In this document: positions 7,543 through 14,899 of the stretch, piece by piece
Layout of the letters: the number at the start of each line of letters is the position of its first letter
Numbering within the stretch: position 1 is the first letter of the stretch
DNA from: an uncultured Spirochaetota bacterium
GTDB taxonomy: Bacteria; Spirochaetota; Spirochaetia; SZUA-6; Fen-1364
Assembly: GCA_963745235.1 (NCBI GenBank)
Contig: CAVUXE010000041.1
Coordinates: forward strand, 1-14,899
Reading direction: 5' to 3'
DNA length: 14,899 nt
Translations under genes and position numbers: made by a program
Notes under the pieces: model-generated
Database searches by the model: none
The model's input: only the letters and a program-made list of their open reading frames with translations
What the model was told of the DNA's origin: nothing

Positions 7543-7584
7543 TGCCGCCAAGGGGAATCGAACCCCTGACACACGGATTTTCAG
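7543..7584 (-). tRNA. 3' half of tRNA-Phe(GAA); att core fragment, not an intact gene
   Basis: CTGAAAA TCCGT GTGTC AGGGG TTCGATT CCCCT TGGCGGC A = anticodon loop, 3' anticodon stem, variable loop, perfect T-arm, acceptor strand; no D-arm or 5' acceptor strand upstream. Confidence 0.88.
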
Positions 7585-7704
7585 AAGCACATTGATTTTC
7601 TGAATCACAGATGGGAAAGCCCCTGATTCGTGCGGCTTTCTTCTTGACAAAACTCCTCCAAAAAACAATTCGTAGGCGCTCGTGTAGCCAAATGGAAATA
7701 TGCT

Positions 7705-8844
7705 ATGGCTAAATTCCATTCGCCCTTCACTCTTTACCAGCGACGAATGAAGGACGGCAGAGCCGTCTGGTATTTCCGCTTCTACCACAACGGCAGACGG
7801 ATGTCTGGGCAATCCACAGGAGAAACCCACCTCGCTCTTGCCCGTGAGTATGTGATGAAACTCTACAAGGACGGACGATTGGCTCCGTCCTCTCGTCTCA
7901 CATTCACTGAATACGCCAAAGGCTGGTGGGAGCCTCGCTGTGCCTATGTGAAATCACAAGAGGAAAGAGGACGGACACTTTCTGCCTCACACCTTGCGAC
8001 GATGCGGGGCTGCCTGGCTCATCACCTTATAGCCTTCTTCGGGGATACTCGGCTCACAGAAATCTCATCGAGCAGCATCATGCGGCTTTTCGCCGTCTTG
8101 AAAGAAAAGGGCTTGGCGTCCGCCACACGAACACAGATTTATGCGGGGCTACGGGTGATGATGACCTACGCTTTTCGGCAGCGGTTGATCGAGGAGAACC
8201 CGTGCGCCTATGTTCAGCCGCCAATCGTGCGCTCCAAACCAAGGGGCATCCTGACAAAAGGCGAAGTGAAACGGATGTTCGACTCCAAGACAATCAGAGC
8301 GGTGTGGAAGAATGACAGGCTATCCTACTGCTGTGCGCTCACCGCTGCGGCGACCGGGATGAGACTTGGAGAAATCCTTGCGCTGCAGCGTGAGGACATT
8401 CACATCGGCAAGGAGGGAGCCTTCGTCGATTGCCTTCACTCCTGGTGCCAGGTATCGCAGATGCTGAAAGACACCAAGACGCACGAACAAGCCCGCATCC
8501 CACTACCCAGCAAGGTCGCCAAGCACCTTGCGGCGCTGGCACGGCTCCATGATGGGTTCATTTTCTCAACAGACGGCACGAGACCTGTGAAGCACTTTGT
8601 CCCAGAAGGTGCGCTGCGGCGAGCCATGCGTCGGATCGGGATCAGCGAGGAAGAGCGGCTCCGCCGTGGGATTTGCTTTCACTCATTCAGGCACCTGTTC
8701 GTCTCTCTGTTGCGAGGCGAAGGAATCCCTGATCCTGTCGTTCAGTCGCTGTCTCGGCATCGGACGGCGGCTATGCTGACAAACTATTCCCACTTTGCCT
8801 TCATGGACTACTCGGCGGTGATCAAGAGTTTGGAAGCGTTGTAG
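7705..8844 (+). CDS. int: Tyrosine recombinase / phage-type integrase
   Basis: ATGMRLGEILAL (R), TKT (K), FHSFRH (HxxR), SRHR (H), TNYSH (Y); N-terminal arm-binding-like WYFRFY...STG; 120 bp from the tRNA fragment. Confidence 0.95.
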   Translation: MAKFHSPFTLYQRRMKDGRAVWYFRFYHNGRRMSGQSTGETHLALAREYVMKLYKDGRLAPSSRLTFTEYAKGWWEPRCAYVKSQEERGRTLSASHLATMRGCLAHHLIAFFGDTRLTEISSSSIMRLFAVLKEKGLASATRTQIYAGLRVMMTYAFRQRLIEENPCAYVQPPIVRSKPRGILTKGEVKRMFDSKTIRAVWKNDRLSYCCALTAAATGMRLGEILALQREDIHIGKEGAFVDCLHSWCQVSQMLKDTKTHEQARIPLPSKVAKHLAALARLHDGFIFSTDGTRPVKHFVPEGALRRAMRRIGISEEERLRRGICFHSFRHLFVSLLRGEGIPDPVVQSLSRHRTAAMLTNYSHFAFMDYSAVIKSLEAL

Positions 8845-8858
8845 GTTGGATTCGCCTC

Positions 8859-9434
8859 CTACGACGCCACTCGTTCTCGCTGTGATTGCCTTGCCAGTTT
8901 GTAGAAGGTGGTGCGGCGCATTCCCAGTTGCCGCATCGCAGCCGCCGCAGTAATCGTTCCCGCCTGCCACTCGGCATAGACCTGATTCCAGTCAGCGGGA
9001 TAGGTCGCTGGCGGTCGCCCCATCACCTTGCCTCGTTTTTGCGCCGAAACTATGCCTTCACGTTGCCGAAGGTGAATAGTTTCCTTTTCCATCTGGCTCA
9101 TGGCACCAAAGATGGTCAGCACAAATCGCCCCGCAGGACTGCTTGTGTCGATGCTTTCTTTGAGGCTGACGAACGCCACGCCCTTGGCTTCCAACTGCTC
9201 AACAATGGAGAGCAGGTCTTTCGTCGAGCGGGCAAGGCGGGAGATGCTCTCGACATAGATGGTGTCCCCTGCCCGCATGTAGCCGAGCATTTCTTGGAGA
9301 CCAGGGCGGGCAGTGTCTCTGCCGCTTGCCTTGTCGCTGAAAATCCTGTCCAGGTTCAACGCCTCGAATGCGTCCTGCTGGCGATCCAGGTTCTGCTCGA
9401 TGGTGGAAACCCTCGCATAGCCGATCCTGCTCAT
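8859..9434 (-). CDS. Small serine recombinase (resolvase/invertase), 191 aa
   Basis: IGYARVST...QNLDRQ, SRLARS, SLKESIDTSSPAGR, GRPP, C-terminal HTH; AGGAGG before ATG 9434. Confidence 0.93.
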   Translation of the reverse strand: MSRIGYARVSTIEQNLDRQQDAFEALNLDRIFSDKASGRDTARPGLQEMLGYMRAGDTIYVESISRLARSTKDLLSIVEQLEAKGVAFVSLKESIDTSSPAGRFVLTIFGAMSQMEKETIHLRQREGIVSAQKRGKVMGRPPATYPADWNQVYAEWQAGTITAAAAMRQLGMRRTTFYKLARQSQRERVAS

Positions 9435-9550
9435 CGTCCGCCTCCTGTTCGTAATGGTTATCGCACACCAATACAGACGGCAAGGGCAGTTTGCGAACAG
9501 AAAACGAATGTCCGGGCAAGGGTATCCGGGAAGGCATACCTTTGCGGAAG
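9435..9550. promoter_or_regulatory. Putative res site / resolvase promoter region
   Basis: Directly upstream of the resolvase; imperfect dyads such as AAGGGTAT...ATACCTTT and TTTGCG(A/G)A at about 9490 and 9541. Confidence 0.45.
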
Positions 9551-9559
9551 CAACCAGAT

Positions 9560-9686
9560 AGGCACCTGTTCGTCTCCCTGCCAACTGACGGGGCATTCGA
9601 CAGAGGCGATGACCGAGTTGTATTCGCACCTTCGGCTTGAAGACTTCCAGCCCATTGTTGCTATCGAGGAGAGCCTGGGGATTTAG
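9560..9686 (+). pseudogene. C-terminal relic of a second tyrosine integrase
   Basis: 9560-9580 matches 8689-8709 at 20/21 nt (RHLFVSL); then, out of frame, QLTGHSTEAMTELYSHLRLEDFQPIVAIEESLGI-stop aligns with the integrase tail SLSRHRTAAMLTNYSHFAFMDYSAVIKSLEAL. Confidence 0.8.
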
Positions 9687-10135
9687 GGTTGGCTTTTCAT
9701 TGACGAGGTGCTGTTCTCGAAGGTGTCGTCATAGATGCCCTTCTGAACATCCTGGATCATTTGTTTGATGTCCGCATCAGAACAACTCTTGAATCCAACA
9801 TCCGTAAGAACATCCCATCCCCTACCACCGATGATTGGAGCCACTTTACAGAGGTGCATTGCTGAAAGAGCATCCGAAATACGCCAGCGGCGATACCCCA
9901 AGATGTCAAAGAACTCAAACAACTTTTGTTCATCAACAACGATCTGCCGCCGCTCTGAAAGCAACTGCGCCCGTAGTGATGGAAGTTTTCGGAGAAAGTC
10001 GATCACCGCCTTTCGGTCGGCGTCATACTTTTTGCTGCTTCTTCTCTCCTTCCGTCTGTCCAGAAGCCACGCCACGAATCCGCTCAAAACAACCGAGATG
10101 ACGATAGGCACGACAGTCGTGAGGAACGGCGACAT
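9683..10135 (-). CDS. Hypothetical protein with an N-terminal transmembrane helix
   Basis: Hydrophobic residues 4-25 followed by a basic stretch; AGGGAGG upstream. Confidence 0.65.
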   Translation of the reverse strand: MSPFLTTVVPIVISVVLSGFVAWLLDRRKERRSSKKYDADRKAVIDFLRKLPSLRAQLLSERRQIVVDEQKLFEFFDILGYRRWRISDALSAMHLCKVAPIIGGRGWDVLTDVGFKSCSDADIKQMIQDVQKGIYDDTFENSTSSMKSQP

Positions 10136-10241
10136 TTGCTATTCCCTCCCTGCCGGACAGGGTAGCCGATACGCCGAGCGCCTTCAACGAGAGACCCACC
10201 GCAGCCGTTTGCGCTCGGGTGGCAACTCGCTACTCTTTGCC

Positions 10242-10589
10242 ATGAACAGCACAACCGCACTCTCCATCGTCCTCAAGCACATCATTCCTGCCTTGCAGTC
10301 CATCCAGCGGGAACTCGTTGAAGCGGAGATACGAGATACCACTCCACAACCGAAGAGCGAACCAACTCCCAGAGAAGTTATCAGCAAAAGGTTCTACCAA
10401 GTCAGCGAGGCGGCAGAGTTTCTGAATGTCAGCGAGAGTCTGATTCGCAAACTCCTTATGACCAAGCGGATTCCTCACTTCAAGATCGGACGCCGTGTGT
10501 TGTTCAGCGAAGAGCAACTCGTGGGTTGGGTCAAAGCCTTTGAGCATTTCGTCGAGGCGACTCCGCCCCGCAGCACACGAAGGAACTGA
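10242..10589 (+). CDS. Excisionase-like HTH_17 DNA-binding protein
   Basis: FYQVSEAAEFLNVSESLIRKL...IPHFKIGRRVLF...L..W; start moved to ATG 10242. Confidence 0.85.
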   Translation: MNSTTALSIVLKHIIPALQSIQRELVEAEIRDTTPQPKSEPTPREVISKRFYQVSEAAEFLNVSESLIRKLLMTKRIPHFKIGRRVLFSEEQLVGWVKAFEHFVEATPPRSTRRN

Positions 10590-10658
10590 CCGCACCTCTG
10601 TTGGCAACGAGTCCAGGGCAGGCACTTTGGTGTAGGATCACTCCGAAGGGAAGGGGAC

Positions 10659-11249
10659 ATGCGGGACACTGCGATAATCTCTCTGGTCGTAGGGGCTGCG
10701 AGTTTTCTTACCCACATCCTGATCGACCCTCGTTTGCGAAAGGACGCCGTTGCCAAATCGGTGAAGCCAACGCCGCACGATGAGGGGACTTCGAGACTCA
10801 TCCAAGTCGTGTTTCTCCTCTCGTGGCTCCTCCTGTTTCTCACCGCCCTTCCTAACGAGTTTCAGATCGGTGTCGTCGAACCGCACCTCCTTTTCACCGC
10901 CCTCGGCATCGTGCTGGCGGCGGCGGGCTTCCTCATTCGGGTGGTTGCGATGCGAACGCTGGGTGAGTTCTTTACAAGAACCCTGCGGATTCGTGAAAAG
11001 CATCGGGTTGTTTCCGAAGGCATCTATCGGCGCATTCGTCACCCTGGCTATCTGGGAACCATCTTGTTTTTCGTTGGATCAGGCATCGCCACAGCCAACT
11101 TCATCACCACCTTGCTCATCCTGGCGGCGATCCTCCCTACCTTCGTGCGAAGGATCGCCGTTGAGGAGCGGATGCTCACCGATCAACTTGGCAAGGAATA
11201 CTCTGACTACAAGGCAAAGACCTGGAAACTCATTCCTTTTGTTTTCTGA
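10659..11249 (+). CDS. Isoprenylcysteine carboxylmethyltransferase (ICMT/Ste14) family membrane protein
   Basis: LGEFF...HRVVSEGIYRRIRHPGYLG, RIAVEERML...GKEYSDY...LIPFVF; several TM helices. Confidence 0.9.
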   Translation: MRDTAIISLVVGAASFLTHILIDPRLRKDAVAKSVKPTPHDEGTSRLIQVVFLLSWLLLFLTALPNEFQIGVVEPHLLFTALGIVLAAAGFLIRVVAMRTLGEFFTRTLRIREKHRVVSEGIYRRIRHPGYLGTILFFVGSGIATANFITTLLILAAILPTFVRRIAVEERMLTDQLGKEYSDYKAKTWKLIPFVF

Positions 11250-11374
11250 TCTGGCACAAATGCCTGTCTCCTTCTTGACCCCGCTTGGCAGCGACTCAAA
11301 GAGGCGTTAGAACCTTTTCCCTTTCCCCGCCCAAAGGCGAAGCAATACCTTTCGAGAGGGAGGATTGTTCAGCG

Positions 11375-12028
11375 ATGTCGAGTTCCTACACCCATAGTTC
11401 TCAACTGGCACGAGGCATTCAGATTGAGTGGCTGTCCGCCGTGTGGATGGTCATCGAAGCGCTCGCCGCCTTGTTTGCGGGCATTCTTGCCCACTCGATA
11501 GCGCTGATCGCTTTCGGCGCAGACAGCGTGATCGAACTCGTCGCAGGGGGAGCGCTCCTGTTCAGGCTCTATGTTGAATCAAACGGAGGCGGTGCAGAAG
11601 GCGTCGAAAGGGCAGAGCGGGCAGCCTCATGGATCGTGGGGATCGCTCTTCTTGCGCTCGCCGCTTACATCGTGATCTCCTCTGCTGTCTCGTTTCTCAC
11701 GCAGTCGCATCCCGAAAGCACCACACTGGGAATCGGGATTGCGGTAGCGTCGAGCATCCTCATGCCCTTCCTCGCCACGGGAAAGAAAAGAATAGGGCGG
11801 CGCATCGGCAGCAAGGCGCTTGTCTCTGACGGCTCGTGCAGTATGGTCTGTGCCTACATGTCGTGGATTCTTCTCGTTGGCGTCGCCGCAACCTCCCTGC
11901 TGGGCTGGTGGTGGGCGGATTCTGTGGCTGCCCTGGGGTTCGTCTGGTTCGTGGTGCGTGAGGGGCTTGAAGCGATCAACGAGGCTCGTGAATCCGAGGC
12001 ACACGAACAGGAGACGCCCGATTCATAA
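11375..12028 (+). CDS. Short cation diffusion facilitator (CDF)-like transporter lacking the cytoplasmic domain
   Basis: HSIALIAFGADSVIE, SKALVSDG, WWWADSVAAL; about six TM segments; GGGAGG before ATG 11375. Confidence 0.82.
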   Translation: MSSSYTHSSQLARGIQIEWLSAVWMVIEALAALFAGILAHSIALIAFGADSVIELVAGGALLFRLYVESNGGGAEGVERAERAASWIVGIALLALAAYIVISSAVSFLTQSHPESTTLGIGIAVASSILMPFLATGKKRIGRRIGSKALVSDGSCSMVCAYMSWILLVGVAATSLLGWWWADSVAALGFVWFVVREGLEAINEARESEAHEQETPDS

Positions 12029-12032
12029 CTGC

Positions 12033-12057
12033 GCCCAGCGCAGTCCTCACGCTGGGC
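12033..12057. terminator. Hairpin between convergent genes, probable terminator
   Basis: GCCCAGCG-N9-CGCTGGGC followed by TTATT. Confidence 0.5.
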
Positions 12058-12113
12058 TTATTGCTGCCAACTCATTCTCGAATACTTTCTGACCTCGTTC
12101 TGATGAGTTCAGG

Positions 12114-12590
12114 TCAGGGAGAAGTGTTGGACGCTCTGAAATGCTCACGAGTGTCTGGAAGAAGGCGCTCCATTTGCCTTTGCGAATCGACAAGACCTGC
12201 CATTTGCCGTGTGAGCGTATCGAGTCTCTTGCTCACCTCTTCTGTTTGAGTCTTTATTTCTTCACTCACACTCTTATCCGAGAGGAATGGCAAAAAGCGT
12301 GGGGCAAGCAAAGTGGCGGCTGCGGCAAGTGCGGTGATTGCCGATAACCCAATCACTGCCAAAGTTAGCCACTTACTCCGCCTCTCTTGGAGTTCGTTTC
12401 GACCAAGTTTGAGCAGTTCCAAGTCTCGGAAGAAGTTCTCCGTGTCTTCCAGGCTGCTCACACTCGGGCTGGGTTTATATTTTCTGATTTCCTCAAAGAG
12501 AGATTTCATATGATGTTTGATTTCTCGCCTACGCAGATTGTCAGGGTATCTCTCTGGGATGTTCTCGCCCGTCTTGAAGTTTCCCGTCAC
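12114..12590 (-). CDS. Hypothetical single-pass membrane protein with coiled-coil tail
   Basis: 158 aa ORF; hydrophobic WLTLAVIGLSAITALAAAATLLA; start uncertain. Confidence 0.55.
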   Translation of the reverse strand: MTGNFKTGENIPERYPDNLRRREIKHHMKSLFEEIRKYKPSPSVSSLEDTENFFRDLELLKLGRNELQERRSKWLTLAVIGLSAITALAAAATLLAPRFLPFLSDKSVSEEIKTQTEEVSKRLDTLTRQMAGLVDSQRQMERLLPDTREHFRASNTSP

Positions 12591-12822
12591 TTCCAGCCCC
12601 CCTTCAAGTATTCCACTCTACTCTAATGCCTGCGGTTCTCTCCCGCAACGAGAGTGAGAAAACCAGGAGGACACGCCCAGTCCTCCTTCGGGCTGTTCTG
12701 CGGGAGTATTGAATTTGGAGAAAACGCCCTGGTGTTAGCTGCCGCACTCTGGTCCGCGGGATTCTCACGATCCCGTGCGCGTATTTGCCGAATTGACGGA
12801 TAGAATTCCCGCTTTAAAGGAC

Positions 12823-13626
12823 TCATCGTTGCACCACAGACTGCACATGCTCGGCTTCCACTTGAGTGCTCTTGGCAACGAAAGCCTTGAATAGAGCGGC
12901 GTTGGCGATGGTACCGATGGTACGAAGAATGCCGCCGGATGCCTGGTGAACGAGGGTGAGGGCATTCTTGGTAAACAGAGGCGCCCGTGCTCCACAAGCG
13001 CTGAGACGACCTTCGATGAAGCTGATGCTCTCTTCAGGAGGGAGTCCTTCCAGCGGAATGGTCACTGTGATGGAGTTGGCCAGGGCTTCCAACATAGACA
13101 AGCCGAAGCGCAACGAGAGGGTCTCCGCTCCGCAGAGCATCACCGTCAGGGCGTTGAGCGAGTCGATGTGGAAGTTGGTCAACAGTCGGATCTCAGCCAG
13201 AATCTCATTGCTCAAAAGGTGCGCTTCATCGATGAGCAATACCGGATGCAAGTGACGCGAACTGTTCATCGAGAGGATGTGGGCTTGGATGTCGCGGAAC
13301 ATGACTGCGCGACGGCAGGATGAGGACAGACCGAAAAGCGCGCACAGGTGGGTGTAGAACTCCAGGATCCCCACAGAGGTGTGGCAGAGATACAAGGGTT
13401 TGAAAAGACCTGCGGGCAGCCGGGAGACCAGCAGGCGCAAGAGGCAGCTCTTGCCTGTGCCCGATTTGCCGACCATCACTCCGATGCCGTGCGTGTCGAC
13501 CAGAAGCCGGGCGGCAGCGAGATTGTTCTCCACCGATGGCAGAAGCTGCAGAGACTCAGTGGGGATCTCCTTGCCGAAGGGCAACTGAGTCAGGCTGTAG
13601 TAGCTGAGCATCTCTTTCCAGTTCAT
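12823..13626 (-). CDS. ExeA-family AAA+ ATPase (transposition helper)
   Basis: YSLTQLPF, Walker A GKSGTGKS, Walker B LLIDEAH, SGGILRTI; ATGA overlap with the transposase stop. Confidence 0.9.
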   Translation of the reverse strand: MNWKEMLSYYSLTQLPFGKEIPTESLQLLPSVENNLAAARLLVDTHGIGVMVGKSGTGKSCLLRLLVSRLPAGLFKPLYLCHTSVGILEFYTHLCALFGLSSSCRRAVMFRDIQAHILSMNSSRHLHPVLLIDEAHLLSNEILAEIRLLTNFHIDSLNALTVMLCGAETLSLRFGLSMLEALANSITVTIPLEGLPPEESISFIEGRLSACGARAPLFTKNALTLVHQASGGILRTIGTIANAALFKAFVAKSTQVEAEHVQSVVQR

Positions 13627-14899
13627 GAACGCTGCTCCTTGGAGGTATCGAGGAGTCGAGAGGCCGCCAAAGAGGCACTCACCGGTGTGGCGGATGGTTG
13701 TGCAGACTGGCTGGGGTGCTGTTCCACAACCAACTGGTCGGAGTTGAAGGCGCGTCGGACGCGACTATTGGCGTAGGTATCCACGATGCGGGCATCTCCA
13801 CGGGGCTTGCCGTCAAGCAAGACCTCGACTCGGCGACGCAGGGGAGGAATGGAGACGTCGTAGCGCAGGTGGATGTGCTCGCCGATGAGAGTGGAGTCCA
13901 CCTCGTAGAGCACCCCCTGGAGGGTAACGGTGGAATCCTTGTGTACTTTGCGGATGTCCTCGTGCTTTAAAAGCTCATCGAGATTCACCGTGGGGTCGAT
14001 GGGAATGATCAGATGAGCCTTCTCCAGCCACAACTCCAGCGGGGTCCTGCCGCCTATGCCGCGATGAGGGCTTCGGTGGTACTCACTTTCCAGCCAGGTA
14101 TGAAACCGTGCGTCCAGGTCCTGGAGGCTGGCCAGTGATTCACAGTGGGTGCTGAGAAATTGTTGCCGTACGGTTCGGAAGAAGCGCTCGATCTTTCCAC
14201 GTCCCTTGGGCCTGTAGGGACGTGAGTGCACCAGCACGATGCCCAGGATGTCCAGGATGCGGCGTGTTTGCAGCGAAACAAACCCCGCCCCGTTATCTGT
14301 GTATAGGCGTCCGATCTTGCCGTGGGCGGCCAGCACGTGTTTGATGCCGCACTCGAAGGCCAGTGCATTCTCGCTGAAGCCGAAGCAGGCATAGAGAATC
14401 CTTCGGGTGGCATCATCCAGGAATGCCAGCAGCACCGCCTGGCGCAGCCTGCCCTTGGAGTCAGGCACTTCCACGGTGTACATGCAATCGACCTGCACGC
14501 ATTCCAGGGGGGCAAAGAACTCGAAGGGCAGTGTCTGTTCCTGCTGGTGCACTCGCAGGCGTCCCTCGCGATCCAACCCCGCCGAGCGCACAAGCCGCGA
14601 CAGGGAGGAGCTGGAAGGGTGGGACTGGATGCCGCCTTGGGCTTGCAACTTCTTCAAGGCGGCCGTCGCGGTGAGCTCCGGGTGAGTCTCAAGCTCGGTG
14701 ACCAGAAGCGCCGTCTCCTGCGGGCTCAGCGCACGGGAACTGCCACTGTCTCGGCGGGGGTTGGGCATCAGGCCCTCCATGCCTCGAGCCTTATAGGCTG
14801 TCAGCCACTTGCGTAGGCAGCTCTCCGTCAAGGTGCGCTTGCCCAGGAAGGGAATCTCATGCTCCCGCCCTGCTTTCTGCCGCATCAGCGTCCGTAGCT
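13623..14899 (-). CDS. DDE (rve) transposase with Mu-like C-terminal domain; 5' end runs off the window
   Basis: N-terminal HTH, VQVD, FLDDATR, LYTDNG, PKGRGKIERFFRT, YHRSPHRGI; frame stays open to the window edge. Confidence 0.92.
   Translation of the reverse strand, partial: LRTLMRQKAGREHEIPFLGKRTLTESCLRKWLTAYKARGMEGLMPNPRRDSGSSRALSPQETALLVTELETHPELTATAALKKLQAQGGIQSHPSSSSLSRLVRSAGLDREGRLRVHQQEQTLPFEFFAPLECVQVDCMYTVEVPDSKGRLRQAVLLAFLDDATRRILYACFGFSENALAFECGIKHVLAAHGKIGRLYTDNGAGFVSLQTRRILDILGIVLVHSRPYRPKGRGKIERFFRTVRQQFLSTHCESLASLQDLDARFHTWLESEYHRSPHRGIGGRTPLELWLEKAHLIIPIDPTVNLDELLKHEDIRKVHKDSTVTLQGVLYEVDSTLIGEHIHLRYDVSIPPLRRRVEVLLDGKPRGDARIVDTYANSRVRRAFNSDQLVVEQHPSQSAQPSATPVSASLAASRLLDTSKEQRS

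Larger units (their letters stand above)
2500..7543 (-). mobile_element. Replication/regulation module of an integrative plasmid or phage-satellite-like element
   Basis: Tightly coupled - strand ORFs (helicase, initiator, RHH) abutting the att-like tRNA fragment; no virion or conjugation genes seen in the window. Confidence 0.65.
12627..14899 (-). mobile_element. Transposase plus ATPase transposon (partial)
   Basis: Coupled DDE and ExeA genes; noncoding 12627-12822 begins with TG and has recurring (C/T)CCCGC / GCGGGA and GAGAAAAC motifs; exact end uncertain. Confidence 0.65.

Noticed and set aside
7543-7620. Intact tRNA-Phe gene
   Set aside because: Sequence 5' of the anticodon loop cannot form the D-arm, anticodon stem or acceptor stem.
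9435-9629. N-terminal extension of the resolvase
   Set aside because: The catalytic domain starts at MSRIGYARVS behind a strong AGGAGG; the extension covers the res-like region and the relic.
8886-9686. 266-aa + strand ORF
   Set aside because: Mostly an antisense shadow of the resolvase; only the last 34 or so codons carry signal (integrase relic).
9765-10241. N-terminal extension of the excisionase ORF
   Set aside because: Overlaps the opposite-strand gene 9683-10135 and has no recognisable motif.
12823-13626. ExeA as a type II secretion component
   Set aside because: It is coupled to a DDE transposase, has no membrane or peptidoglycan-binding region, and no secretion genes are nearby.

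Overview
Accessory region with no housekeeping genes, arranged around the 3' half of a tRNA-Phe(GAA) gene (7543-7584, - strand) that looks like an att core. Left of it lie a + strand candidate defence trio (NucS-like nuclease fused to an EVE/PUA-like domain, an Abi-alpha/DUF4393-like protein, a frameshift-split DUF2971-like gene) and a - strand satellite/integrative-plasmid-like replication module (AAA_25 helicase, HTH replication initiator with internal repeats, small RHH-like and Cys-rich ORFs). Each of the two replication genes is preceded by a structured terminator-like leader with a loop-complementary partner sequence and a 32-aa leader ORF overlapping its start. Right of the att core are a tyrosine integrase, a serine resolvase with a res-like region, a relic of a second paralogous integrase, an excisionase-like HTH, ICMT and CDF-like cargo, and a Mu/rve-type DDE transposase plus ExeA-like ATPase element cut by the window edge. 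All family calls come from reading motifs by eye; no searches were run.
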